Positions 39,309-51,129 of a stretch of 64,000 bases of DNA are shown here, in pieces. The stretch lies in contig CM059432.1 of assembly GCA_030390025.1 (NCBI GenBank), positions 98,396,001-98,460,000 on the forward strand. The letters are read 5' to 3'. The notes beneath the pieces are model-generated. The model did no database searches and had not been told where the DNA came from. It saw only the letters and a program-made list of their open reading frames with translations. The position numbers and the translations under genes were made by a program. How positions within the stretch are numbered: the first letter of the stretch is position 1; each line of letters opens with the position of its first letter. Origin of the DNA: Squalus acanthias (taxonomy: Eukaryota).

Positions 39309-40259
39309 ATGGCAGGAGAGCTCCGCCCTGTGATATGCTTCTCCTGCTATATGTGGGAAATCAGGGACGCTTCCTGTATCCCTGACGACCATGTGTGTGG
39401 GAAGTGTATCCAGCTGCAGCTACTGACGGACCGCATTGCGGCGCTCGAGCTGCGGATGGATACATATTGGAGCATTCGCGAAGCTGAGAACGTCGTGGAT
39501 AACACGTTTAGCGAGTTGGTCACACCGCAGGTAAAGGGTGTACAGGCAGGAAGTGAATGGGTGACCACCAGGCAGAGTAAGAGGTGCAGGCAGGTAGTGC
39601 AGGGGTCCCCTGTGGCCATCCCCCTCTCAAACAGATATACCACTTTGGATGCTGTTGGGGGGGATGACTTATCAGGGGAAGGCGGCAGCAGCCAACTTCC
39701 TGGCACCATGGGTGGCTCTGCTGCACAGGCTGGGAGGAAAAAGTGTGGAAGAGCTATAGTGATAGGGGATTCAATCGTAAAGGGAATAGATAGGTGTTTC
39801 TGCGGCCGCAAATGAGACTCCAGGATGGTGTGTTGCCTCCCTGATGCAAGGGTCAAGGACGTCTCGGAGTGGCTAAAGAACATTTCGGAGGGGGAGGGCG
39901 AACAGCCAGTTGTCGTGGTGCACATAGGCATCAACGATATAGGTAAAAAACGGGATGAGTTCCTAAAAGCAGAATATAGGGAGTTAGGAGGTAAATTAAA
40001 AAATAGGACCTCAAAGGTAGTAATCTCAGGATTGCTACCAGTGTCACGTGCTAGTCAGAGGAGAAATAGGAGGATATTTCAAATGAATACGTGGCTAGAG
40101 GAATGGTGCAAGGGGGAGGGATTCAAATTCCTTGGACATTGGAACCGGTTCTGGGGGAGGTGGGACCAGTACAAACGGGACAGTCTGCATCTGGGCAGGG
40201 CCGGGACCGATGTCCTAGGTGGAGTGTTTGCTAGTGCTGTTGGGGAGGGTTTAAACTAA
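39309..40259 (+). pseudogene. CR1 ORF1 (N-terminal CxxC...CxxC zinc finger plus SGNH esterase) with one internal stop at 39813
   Basis: CFSCYMW...CGKC; IVIGDSIV; VVVHIGINDI; DSLHL. Confidence 0.9.
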
Positions 40260-41952
40260 AGTGGCAGGGTGTTGGGAATCTGAGCAGGGAGACAGAGGAA
40301 AGGGAAACAAGGATAAAAGCTAAAGACAGGAAGGAGAAAAACAAAAGTAGAAGGCAGAGAACCCAACGGTTTAAATCAAACATGGTCACAGTAAATAACA
40401 ATTCATATAGGTCTGAGAGCGTTAAAAAAACAAGCCTGATTGTGTCTTAATGCAAGGAGCATTCAGAACAAGGTGGATGAATTAGCTGCGCAAATAGAGG
40501 TAACTGAATACGATTTGATTGGGATTACAGAAACATGGCTCCAGGGTGGCCAAGGCTGGGAACTCAACATCCAGGGTTATTCAATATTTAGGAAAGATAG
40601 GCAAAAAGAAAGGGAGGTGGGGTAGCATTGCTGGTTAAAGAGGGGATTAACACAATTGAAAAGAAGGATATTAGCTCTGATGATGCGGAATCTGTATGGG
40701 TAGAACTGAGAAATAACAAGGGGCAGAAAACGTTAGTGGGAGTGGTATATAGACCTCCAAACAGTAATACGTAGGTTGGGGACGGCATTAAAAGGAAAAT
40801 TAGAGAAGCGTGCAGTAAGGGCACAGCAGTCATCATGGGTGACTTTAATTTACATATAGATTGGGCTAACCAAATTAGTAAAAATACTGTGGAGGAGGAA
40901 TTCCTAGAATGTTTACGGGATGGTTTTCTGGAACAATATGTCGAGGAACCAACCAGAGATCAGGTCATCTTAGACTGAGTATTATGTAACAAGAAAGGAT
41001 TAATTAGCAATCTTGTTGTATGAGGCCCCTTGGGTCAGAGTGATCATAATATGATAGAATTCATCATTAGGATGGAGAGTGAAGTAGTTGAATCAGAGAC
41101 TAGGGTCCTGAATTTAAATAATGGAAACTATGATGGTATGAGGCGCGAATTGGGTAGGATTGATTGGGGAATGTCACTCAAGGGGTTGACGGTGGATAGG
41201 CAATGGCAAACATTCAAAGACTGCATGGATGAACTACAGAATTTGTTCATCCCAGTGTGGCATAAGAATAAAACAAAAAGGGTGACTCAACCATGGCTAA
41301 CAAGGGTAATTAGGGATAGCATAAGATTCAAGGAGAGGGCATATAAATTGACCAGAAAAAGCGGTAACCCTGAAGATTGGGAGCAGTTTAGGATTCAACA
41401 AAGGAGGACAAAGGGATTAATTAAGAAGGGGAAATAGAATGTGAAAGTAAGCTTGCTGGGAACATAAAAACTGACTGTAAGAGCTTTTATAGATATGTGA
41501 AGAGAAAAAGATTAGTGAAATCAAGTGTAGGTCCCTTGCAGTCAGAAGCGGGGGAAGTTATAATGGGGAACAAAGAAATGACTGACCAATTAAATGCATA
41601 TTTTGGTTCTGTCTTCACAAAGGAGGACACAAATAACCTCCCAGAGATGTTGGAGACCATACGGTCTGATGAAAGGGAGGAACTGAAAGAAATCAGTATT
41701 TGCAGGGAAATGGTGTTAGGGAAATTGACGGGATTGAAGGCCGATAAATCCCCAGGGTCTGATAATCTACATCCTAGGGTACTTAAGGAAGTGGCCCTAG
41801 AAATAGTAGATGCATTGCTGATCATCTTCCAACATTCGATGGAATCTGGAACTGTACCCATGGATTGGAGGGTAGCTAATGTTACCCCACTATTCAAAAA
41901 GGGTGGTAGTTAGAAAGCGGGGAATTACAGACCGGTAAGCCTGACATCGGTA

Positions 41953-43236
41953 GTGGGGAAAATGCCAGAGTCCATTATAAAGGATGTAATAGCTGAGCAC
42001 TTGAAAAACAGTGACAGGATCGGACAAAGTCAACATGGATTTACAAAAGGTAAATCGTGCTTGACTAATCTACTGGAATTTTTTGAGGATGTAACTGGGA
42101 AAATAGATAAGGGAGAACCAGTAGATGTGGTGTATTTGGACTTTCAAAAGGCTTTCGATAAGGTCCCGCATAAGAGATTAGCATGTAAAGTTAAGGCACA
42201 TGGGATTGGGGGCAAGGTATTGACTTGGATAGAGAACTGGTTGGCGGACAGAAAGCAGAGAGTAGGAATTAATGGGTCTTTTTGCGAGTGGCAAGCAGTG
42301 ACTAGTCGGGTACCGCAGGGATTGGTCCTTGGATCCCAGCTATTCACAATATACATTAATGATCTAGATAAGGGAACTAAATGTAATATCTCCAAGTTTG
42401 CAGATGACACAAAGCTGGGTGGGAGTGTTTGCTGCGAGGAGGATACCGAGAAACTCCAGGATGATTTGGACAGGTTGGGTGAGTGGGCAGAAGCGTGGCA
42501 GATGCAATATAACGTGGATAAATGCGAGGTTATCCACTTTGGTGTCAAAAACAGAAAGGCAGACTATTATCTGAATGGCAATAGATTGGGAGAAGGGGAA
42601 GTGCAACGAGACCTGGGTGTCCTTGTGCACCAGTCGCTGAAGGTAAGCATGCAGGTGCAGCAGGCGGTGAAGAAGGCAAATGGTATGTTGGCCTTCATAG
42701 CGAAAGGGTTTGAGTATAGGAACAGGGATGTCCTGCTGCAGTTGTACAGGGCCTTGGTGAGACCACACCTTGAGTACTTTGTGCAGTTTTGGTCGCCTTA
42801 TCTGAGGAAGGATGTTCTTGCCATTGAAGGAGTTCAGCGAAGATTCACCAGACTGATACCTGGGATGGCAGGAATGACATATGAGGAGAGATTGGGTCGA
42901 TTGGGCTTATACTCGCTGGAGTATAGAAGAATGAAAGGGGATCTCATCGAAACACATAAAATTCTGACAGGTCTGGACAAACTAGATGCAGGAAGAATGT
43001 TCCTGATGGTCGGAGAGTCCAGAACCAGGGGTCATAATCTAAGGATAACGGGTAAGCCATTTAGGACAGAAATGAGGAAGAATTTCTTCACCCAGAGAGT
43101 GGTGAACCTGTGGAATTCTCTACCACAGAAGGTAGTTGAGGCCAAGTCATTAAATATATTCAAGAATGAGTTAGATATATTTCTTAAAGCTAAAGGTATC
43201 AAGGGATATGGGGAGAAGGCAGGTACAGGGTACTGA
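41953..43236 (+). pseudogene. CR1 ORF2 reverse-transcriptase segment
   Basis: [33 protein letters not shown]; upstream ORF2 is disrupted. Confidence 0.9.
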
Positions 43237-43833
43237 GTTTGGATGATCAGCCATGATCTCATCGAATGGTGGAGCAGGCTCGAGGGGCCGAATGGCCTAC
43301 TCCTGCTCCTATCTTCTATGTTTCTTCTGTTTTTCTATGTTTCTGCTTTGAATCAAATTGGAGTACACTATGTTTCTACACTGGATTACACTGTAACTGC
43401 TGTGTCTCTATCTTTGAAAAGGTAAAAATCTTTTTACCTTTAAACTTCTGGCTGTGTGTCAGCTGAACTGGTTCTACTGGTTTTTCAGCTCTGCTGGATT
43501 CTAGGTAGCAGCTGCTGCTCCACTTGCTGTCCGGTGACTCGTTCTTATGGTTTTCAGCTTTGCTGGTCATTGGTTTATGGTTTTATTTTTTCTCCGCCGC
43601 TTTAGAAACACAGAAACAGAGAAGATAGGAGCAGGAGTAGGTCATTCAGCCCCTCGAGCCTGCTCCGCCATTCAATGCGATCATGGCTGATCATCCAAAT
43701 TCAGTACGATAGCAAAATACTGCGGATGCTGGAAATCCGAAATAACAACAGAAAACGCTGGAAAAACTCAGCAGGCCAGGCAGCATCCGTGGAGAGAGAA
43801 AGAGAGTTAACGTTTCAGGTCGATGACCTTCCC

Positions 43834-43870
43834 AGTTCTGATGAAAGGTCATCGACCTGAAACGTTAACT
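43834..43870 (+). ncRNA. Minimal type I hammerhead ribozyme motif (5' pLTR)
   Basis: AGTT-CTGATGA-A-AGGTC-ATC-GACCT-GAAACG-TT-AACT; palindromic ACGU stem III; GUU triplet. Confidence 0.85.
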
Positions 43871-44005
43871 CTCTTTCTCTCTCCACGGATGCTGCCTGGC
43901 CTGCTGAGTTTTTCCAGCGTTTTCTGTTGTTATTTCGGATTTCCAGCATCCGCAGTATTTTGCTATCGTATTAGTGTTTGGTTCACTGCCACCACTCTTC
44001 TTGGA

Positions 44006-46756
44006 ATGCCTACCTTGAAGAAGTTCTGCTCTTCTCTTCGACGAGATTTCCGTTTGGCTCTTCAACCTTGTTCATCTTCATTGATTTCAGTTTCCCTTCT
44101 CGTGTTTGATCAGATATCTGCCAAGACTCGGTTTCACAGCCACATTACTTTCCTCAGCAACTGTCTCCGGTTCCGACTTATCCCACGTGGATTCCAACTA
44201 AACTTCCACCCTTCGTGTTTCGGATCCACCCAGGATTACAAATATCTCCAAGATATTCATCGTTCCTCGAACTACTGCTCTCGCCGCATCTTGAGATCCA
44301 CGCTCAACGCCATGCGGCGCCACATGAACACTCTCGACATCTCTCTTCAGCAGCACCGACGCACTCTATCTCAAAGCTGTCCGGGTCCACAGTTCCATTT
44401 CATCCTTAGACTCATCCGACGCTTCAACAAAAAACTTTTCTTCTTCCTTTCCGATGTCAAGGATCGCAAGCTTCAACAACTCTTGGACACTAAAGCCCCT
44501 CCGGAACCTTCTTCCCCTTCACTTTCCTCTGACCCCCCTTCTCCCAATCTCACCCCCTGCCGCGTTTTCACTATCCCCTCTGACCTTCCCCTCTCTGACT
44601 CCGAATGATCAGTCCTCAGCAAAGGCCTGAGCTTCATCCCCTTACGCCCCCATCTCAATGAATTTCGAGCTCGGCACGATGCTGAGCTCTTTTTCCGCCG
44701 CCTCCGTCTCCGTGCCCACTTCTCTGGCCAGGAGTCTTCCCCCCGCACGGCTGACCCTTTCTCCCGCTTTCAGAATTCTCATTCCACCTGGACCCCTCCC
44801 TCTGGCCTCTTACCCTCTCTTGATCTTTTCATTGCTAACTGCCGCCGTGACATCGGCCAGCTCAATTTCTCTGCTCCCCTCACTCACTCCAACCTACCTC
44901 CCTCTGAACTTGCAGCACTCCATTCTCTCCGATCCAACCCTGACATTGTCATTAAACCTGCTGACAAGGGTGGCGCTGTTGTTGTTTGGCGAACCGACCT
45001 CTACCTAGCGGAAGTTGAACGCCAACTCTCCGACACCTCCTCCTACCTCCACCTGGACCATGACCCCACTACCGAACATCAAGCCACCGTGTCCAAGACT
45101 GTCACTGACCTCATCTCCTCTGGAGATCTTCCCCCCACGGCCGCCAACCTCATAGTTCCCCAACCCCGCACAGCCCGCTTCTACCTCCTTCCCAAGATCC
45201 ACAAACAGGACTGCCCCGGTAGACCCATCGTTTCAGCCTGTTCTTGCCCCACAGAACTTATCTCTTCCTATCTCGACTCTATTTTTTCTCCCCTTGTCCA
45301 GTCTCTTCCCACCTACATCCGCGACTCTTCCGATGCCCTCCGCCATTTTAACAGTTTCCAGTTTCCCGGCCCCAACCGTCTCCTCTTCACTATGGACGTA
45401 CAATCCCTCTACACCTCCATTCCCCACCAGGATGGCCTGAGGGCGCTCCGCTTCTTCCTTGAACAGAGGCCCAACCAGTCCCCATCCACCACCACCCTCC
45501 TCCGCCTGGCTGAACTTGTTCTCACATTGAACAACTTCTCCTTTGACTCTACCCATTTCCTCCAAATTAAAGGTGTTGCTATGGGTACCCGCATGGGTCC
45601 TAGCTATGCCTGCCTTTTCGTGGGATATGTGGAACACTCTTTGTTCCAGTCCTACTCGGGTCCCCTCCCTCACCTCTTTTTCTGGTACATTGATGACTGT
45701 ATCGGTGCTGTCTCCTGCTCTCGCCCTGAACTAGAACATTTCATTCACTATGCTTCCAATTTCCACCCTTCCCTCACCTTCACATGGTCCATCTCCGACT
45801 CTTCCCTTCCCTTCCTCGACTTCTCCATTTCCATCTCTGGGGATAGGTTATTGACTAACATTCACTACAAGCCCACCGACTCCCACAGCTACCTGGATTA
45901 CACTTCCTCCCACCCCGCCTCCTGTAAGGACTCTATTCCATTCTCCCAGTTTCTCCGTCTCCGCCGCATCTGCTCTGATGATGCCACCTTCCATACCAGT
46001 GCTTCCGACATGTCTTCCTTTTTCCTCAACCAAGGATTCCCCTCTACCGTGGTCGACACGGCCCTCGACCGTGTCCGTTCTATCTCCCGCACATCTGCCC
46101 TCACCCCTGCCCCTCCCTCCCGGAACCACGATAGGGTTCCCCTTGTCCTCACCTTTCACCCCACCAGCCTCCACATTCAACGGATCATCCTCCGCCATTT
46201 CCGCCACCTCCAGCGTGATCCCACCACCAAACACATCTTCCCCTCACCTCCCCTTTCAGCATTCCGTAGGGACCGCTCCCTCCGCGACACCCTAGTCCAC
46301 TCCTCTACCACCCCCAGCACCCCTTCCCCTTCGCCCGGCACCTTCCCGTGCATGCGCAGGAGATGCAACACATGCCCTTATACCTCCCCTCTTCCCACTG
46401 TCCAGGGCCCCAAACACCCCTTCCAGGTGAAACAGCGATTTACTTGTACTTCCTGCAATTTAGTATACTGTATTCGCTGCTCACGATGTGGACTCCTCTA
46501 CATTGGGGAGACCAAACGCAGATTGGGTGACCGCTTTGCGGAACACCTCCGTTCAGTCCGTAAGGGGGACCCCGAGCTCCCGGTGGCCTGTCACTTTAAT
46601 TCACCGCTTCACTCCCACTCTGACCTCACCGTCCTCGGCCTATTACACTGTTCCACGGAAGCTCAGCGTAAGCTCGAGGAACAGCACCTCATCTTTCGTT
46701 TAGGCACGCTACAGCCCTCTGGACTCAATATCGAGTTCAACAATTTTAGATCATAA
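44006..46756 (+). pseudogene. PLE RT-GIY-YIG polyprotein, 916 codons with a single premature stop at 44606-44608
   Basis: ORFs 43823-44608 and 45089-46756 share a frame; manual translation across the gap is open (SVLSKGLSFIP, IKPADKGG); then LPKIHK, DVQSLYTSI, YIDD, Cys linker, GIY-YIG; start ATG is inferred. Confidence 0.9.
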
Positions 46757-47033
46757 CCTCAGCTCCAATCACATTTATATTTTATTTTATCCACCCTTTT
46801 ATTTGTCCCCCCCCACCTTTTTTTTCCTCCTAGAAGCTGGCAGCTGTCCTTCATTCTGCCAGTGGATTTCACACTTCATTCAGCCTTAATCTGTCACATT
46901 AACACCACCTCTAGCCTTGCATATCTCTTAATGTCTCTTAATGTCTCTTCATCCCCCCCTTTGTTCCTTTATCCCCACCCCCTTTTCCCAGCTTTACCCT
47001 GGCCTTAAATCTATTTGATTTCCGGCTCTTTCC

Positions 47034-47070
47034 AGTTCTGATGAAAGGTCATCGACCTGAAATGTTAACT
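47034..47070 (+). ncRNA. Minimal hammerhead ribozyme motif (3' pLTR; stem III CG to TG change)
   Basis: AGTT-CTGATGA-A-AGGTC-ATC-GACCT-GAAATG-TT-AACT. Confidence 0.75.
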
Positions 47071-47306
47071 CTCTTTCTCTCTCCACGGATGCTGCCTGGC
47101 CTGCTGAGTTTTTCCAGCGTTTTCTGTTGTTAATCCAAATTCAGTACCCTGTCCCTGCCTTTTCCCCATATCCCTTGATCCCCTGAGCCCTAAGAAATAT
47201 ATCTAACTCCTTTCTTGAATATATTTAATGAATTGGACTCAACTGCCTTCTGTGGTAGAGAATTCCACAGGTTCACCACTCTCTGGGTGAAGAAATTCCT
47301 CCTCAT

Positions 47307-48924
47307 TGTAGAATTCGCAATATATCGCGATTTTATTAATAAGGAGAAGAACACTTAGTTTCGTTCAAACAGCTTTTATTTCAGCAGAATGCTGACAGGT
47401 TTTCAAAGTGGACACAAGCAGCTTGTAAAATGGCCGCCGCGCCTCGTGGCGGAACATTCTAGACTTTTCGACAGGCAGACAAGATGGCGTTCCAGTAAAC
47501 ATTTGTGCAAGATCGATTAAGACTCAGCACATTTAAGATAATACACGAGACATCATGGGTTTACAGTATACACATAAATACTGAAATCGGTCTCCCAGGT
47601 GCGAATAAGGGCTATTGTACCAAGTAATCAAGAACCCATCCAAAGACATTAATATGTAAAATCCCAACGACTCTACGATGAGAGAGCCGTTAGCGGGTAG
47701 TTACAGAAAACACTTGGAAGCCCCAAAACCCCTCCAGGGAGAACACCGACCGATTAAACAATGGGAGAAATATTAACAGGTACTCAGACAATTACGAGTA
47801 GCCCCGAAACCCATTAAAACGGAGATCACCCTATACAAGACATTTGAGCGCCAAACCCTAACAAAAGAAAAGACATTAAGGTTGGGCGGGAAACGGAAGA
47901 TTTTGCACTATAATTGCAAGCTCCAAACCGTCCATCTCTCTCTTATCCTCGTGGCTGCTCCTGTGCTCTTATCCTCTTATTCGGTTGACTCTTATCCTGC
48001 TGGTGTTTATCCTCGTGGCTGCTCTTGACTCGCCGTCTTGTTCCTGTTTGATGAACTGGGCTCTGAAGCCTTGAAGCGGGCGCACCATCCCGATAAGTCG
48101 GTAAACGGTGTTGGAACCGAAGGCCCGAGATGAGATGAGATGAGATGAGAAGAGAAGAAGACCATACTTATCGCCACGGTCAGTAAGCTCCGACCGCGCC
48201 TGTAGGTCGAATAGACATTTTCCTTGCCAGGAAGATTATTCTTCGAATTTTATCGTACCTGTGCGAGGGCACAGGAAGACTCTTTTTTGAGTAGAGTCGG
48301 AACTCCGAGGACAACACAGATCTTCATGACAGCAGACGTTCCAGCCTGCTAGCCGGAGCAGAAACGAGTAAACAAGTGGGGCCAGGAGACCCCCTGATCG
48401 ACACGTGGGTGCTGCGGTGAAAAACATCCGATCAGAGTTTTCGGAATTCTCCGAGTTATCACGAGTGGTGAGCATGAGTCTCGAATCCTACGAATCTAGC
48501 TTAGGACAGATATTGATAGGGGAGGGTTTTAAGTATTAAGGATAATTGTAATGTGTGCCCCCATTTACGATGTGTCGTTCGTTGCTCGTTTCCCTGAAAT
48601 TAATTACATAACTGCGTGTAAGATTGTACTGTCATTAATCTGTGCTTATGACATGTATTTCGTAATCTTAAATATTATGCAATAAAGATTTTCCATTTCG
48701 TACCATTCAACCGAGTCTACCTGAGTTTCATCTCCATTACTGCTCTCGCATCTAAGTCCAGTGTCTAGAACCGTAAGGGCGAGTGGGTCGAACCACTCAC
48801 AGGTGTCTAGTGCTCCCAGGCTGGCTGGAGACCAGAACAGGCAACAAGGCCTAAACTCGCACTAGCATCCAGGCTGCACAGAGCCACACGAATCTCACAG
48901 GCTGAGAGACAAAAAACCCTTACA
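47307..48924 (+). mobile_element. Solo-LTR-like element copy 2 (divergent subfamily, 1618 bp)
   Basis: TGTAG...TTACA termini with TSD TCAT; collinear with copy 1 but diverged. Confidence 0.85.
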
Positions 48925-49503
48925 TCATCTCAGTCCTAAATGGCTTACCCCTTATCTTTAGACTGTGACCCCTGGTTCTGGACACCCCTGCCATCAGGAA
49001 CATCCTTCCTGCATCTAGTTTGTCTAGTCCTGTTAGAATTTTATAAGTTTCAATGAGATCCCCTCTCATTCTTCTAAACGCTAGCGAATACAAGCCCAAT
49101 CGACCCAATCTCTCTTCATACGTCATTCCTGCCATCCCAGGTATCAGTCTGGTGAATCTTCGCTGCACTCCCTCCATGGCAAGAACATCCTTCCTCAGAT
49201 AAGGCGACCAAAACTGCACACAGTACTCAAGGTGTGGTCTCACCAAAGCCCTGTACAACTGCAGCAAGACATCCTTGCTCCTGTACTCGAATCCTCTCAC
49301 TATGAAGGCCAACATACCATTTGCCTTCTTAACCGCCTGCTGCACCTGCATGCTTACCTTCAGCAACTGGTGCACAAGGACACCCAGGTCTCGTTGCACT
49401 TTCCCTTTTCCCAATCTATTGCCATTCAGATAATAATCTTCCTTCCTGTTTTTGCCCCCAAAGTGGATAACCTCGCATTTATCCACATTATACTGCATCT
49501 GCC

Positions 49504-51129
49504 TGTAAGGGTTTGGCAAACGTGTCTCTCAGAGACGGTGCTGGTGCGAGGTTAGGCCTTCGTTGCCTAATACTATTGCTTGCTCTGGTCTCCGGCCAGC
49601 CCTTTTGCAATAAGCACCTGTGAGTGGTTCGACCCACTCGCCCTTACGGTTCTAACACTGGACTTAGGTGCAGGGAGCAGTAATGCAGAGAAAACTCAAA
49701 TAGACCCGATTGAATAGTACGAAATGGAAATCTTTATTGCATAGCATCCAAAATCATGAAGTACATGTCATAGGCGCAAATTAACGAGAGTACAAGTATA
49801 CATACATTCATAAAGCTTGGTCTATGGAAATGAAGAACACACGGCACATCGTAGAAAGGGGAACACATTATCTCTTAGCCTTATTAAAACCACCCTCCCT
49901 TAACAATACCTACACTACGTCTAGATTTGTAGGATCAGAAAACATGCTCACCACTCGTGTTACTTCAGAGATTTTTAAAGTGAGGCACTCGGCTCGTTTC
50001 GCTGCAGCGCCTGACTGTCACGTGTTTGGAAGGGTCTCTGTACCCCACTTGTTTATTTTCGCTGCTGCGACAAGCAGGCCAGGCTCCCTGTTGTCATGAA
50101 GAACTCGACAGAACTCGGACACAGTTCAAAGAAGAGTCTTCCTGTGCCCGACACCGGTTGTCGGGAGACTTCAATGAAAGGTTCTTTCTTATATTTTCGG
50201 GCGCGGTCGGGGTTTACTGACCGTGGCGGCACGTGGATTCTTCTCCTTTTCTTCTTGTCTCGTCTCGTCTCTTCGGGCCTCTGGGTCCAGACACCGTTTA
50301 CCGACACTCGGGATGGTGCACCCTGCTACTTGCCCTTGTCGGGGCGGCTCGTTCCGATTGAGCTCCACCCAACATTCGAATAACCGACCAGTACGGCTAA
50401 AAGTCAAGAGTCAACAACGTCCAGAGAGAAAATCAAAAGCTCACCAGTCAAGCGAGTCCATGAAGAGGCAGGCGAATAAGAGACCGATGGACATTTGTTC
50501 ACTATAGTTATAGTGCTGTGTTCCCTTATCTCCCGCTCAAATCTTAATGTTTGTCCTTTGTGTAATATTGGCACTCAAAAACTCCCAGCATGGGGCGATT
50601 CTTCTCTTTAACGGGTTTCGGTAGCACCTGAAACTGGCCAACTATCCATTAATGTTTTCCCCATTGTTGACCCAGCCAGGATGTGTACGAATCGTCTCCC
50701 TGACTGGTTTTGGGGCCCCCCGAATACTTGCTTAATCACCCGTCAATGTCTCGCTCATTGTAGAGCCGGGGGGGTATTTGTGTATTGATGTGTCTGGATG
50801 GGCCTTCGATTGCCCAGTACAATGATCCTTACTTGTGCATGGAAAACGATTCCAGCACTTATATCTTTGCTATTGTTCCAAATGCAAACAGGTTGCATCC
50901 TGTCTTTATCAATGTTTACCGAGTATGATCCAATCTTATATTGAATGTTTATTCGACGCCATCTTGTCTGCCCACTGTGTTTCTGGAAGCTTCTGCCACG
51001 ATGTGCGGCGGCCATTTTACAGGCTTCTGTGTCCTTTATTATCAGGACAGACTTTCGTTTAATAAAACTGATCAAACGAATCTGCTTCTATCTTGTTATT
51101 TTGAATCGCGATAATTGCGAAACTTTACA
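49504..51129 (-). mobile_element. Solo-LTR-like element copy 3 (1626 bp)
   Basis: Reverse-complement homologue of copy 1; TGTAA...TTACA; apparent 3-bp duplication GCC. Confidence 0.85.

Larger units (their letters stand above)
38123..43343 (+). mobile_element. Essentially full-length CR1 LINE (repetitive 5' UTR, ORF1, ORF2; several stops and frameshifts)
   Basis: ORF1 39309-40259, ORF2 about 40440-43236 ([24 protein letters not shown]), (TTTCTATG)n tail; 5' boundary approximate. Confidence 0.95.
43705..47132 (+). mobile_element. Near-intact Penelope-like element, family A (Neptune type), with inverted 5' pLTR arm and direct 3' pLTR
   Basis: 126-bp inverted arms 43705-43830 and 43845-43970; direct pLTR copy 47032-47132; TSD ATCCAAATTCAGTAC at 43693-43707 and 47133-47147. 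Confidence 0.95.

Noticed and set aside
43823..44005. N-terminal 61 codons of ORF 43823-44608 as coding
   Set aside because: They span the inverted pLTR and hammerhead, and the start codon lies in the inverted arm; more likely UTR
49824..50099. Recurrent ~91-aa ORF in LTR copies 1, 3 and 4 as an accessory gene
   Set aside because: These copies are very similar, so recurrence is expected; the frame is not maintained in diverged copy 2 and I recognise no domain
47307..51129. LTR copies 2 and 3 as the two ends of one provirus or large-TIR element
   Set aside because: They are in opposite orientation, belong to different subfamilies and each has its own TSD; the intervening 580 bp is continuous CR1 sequence
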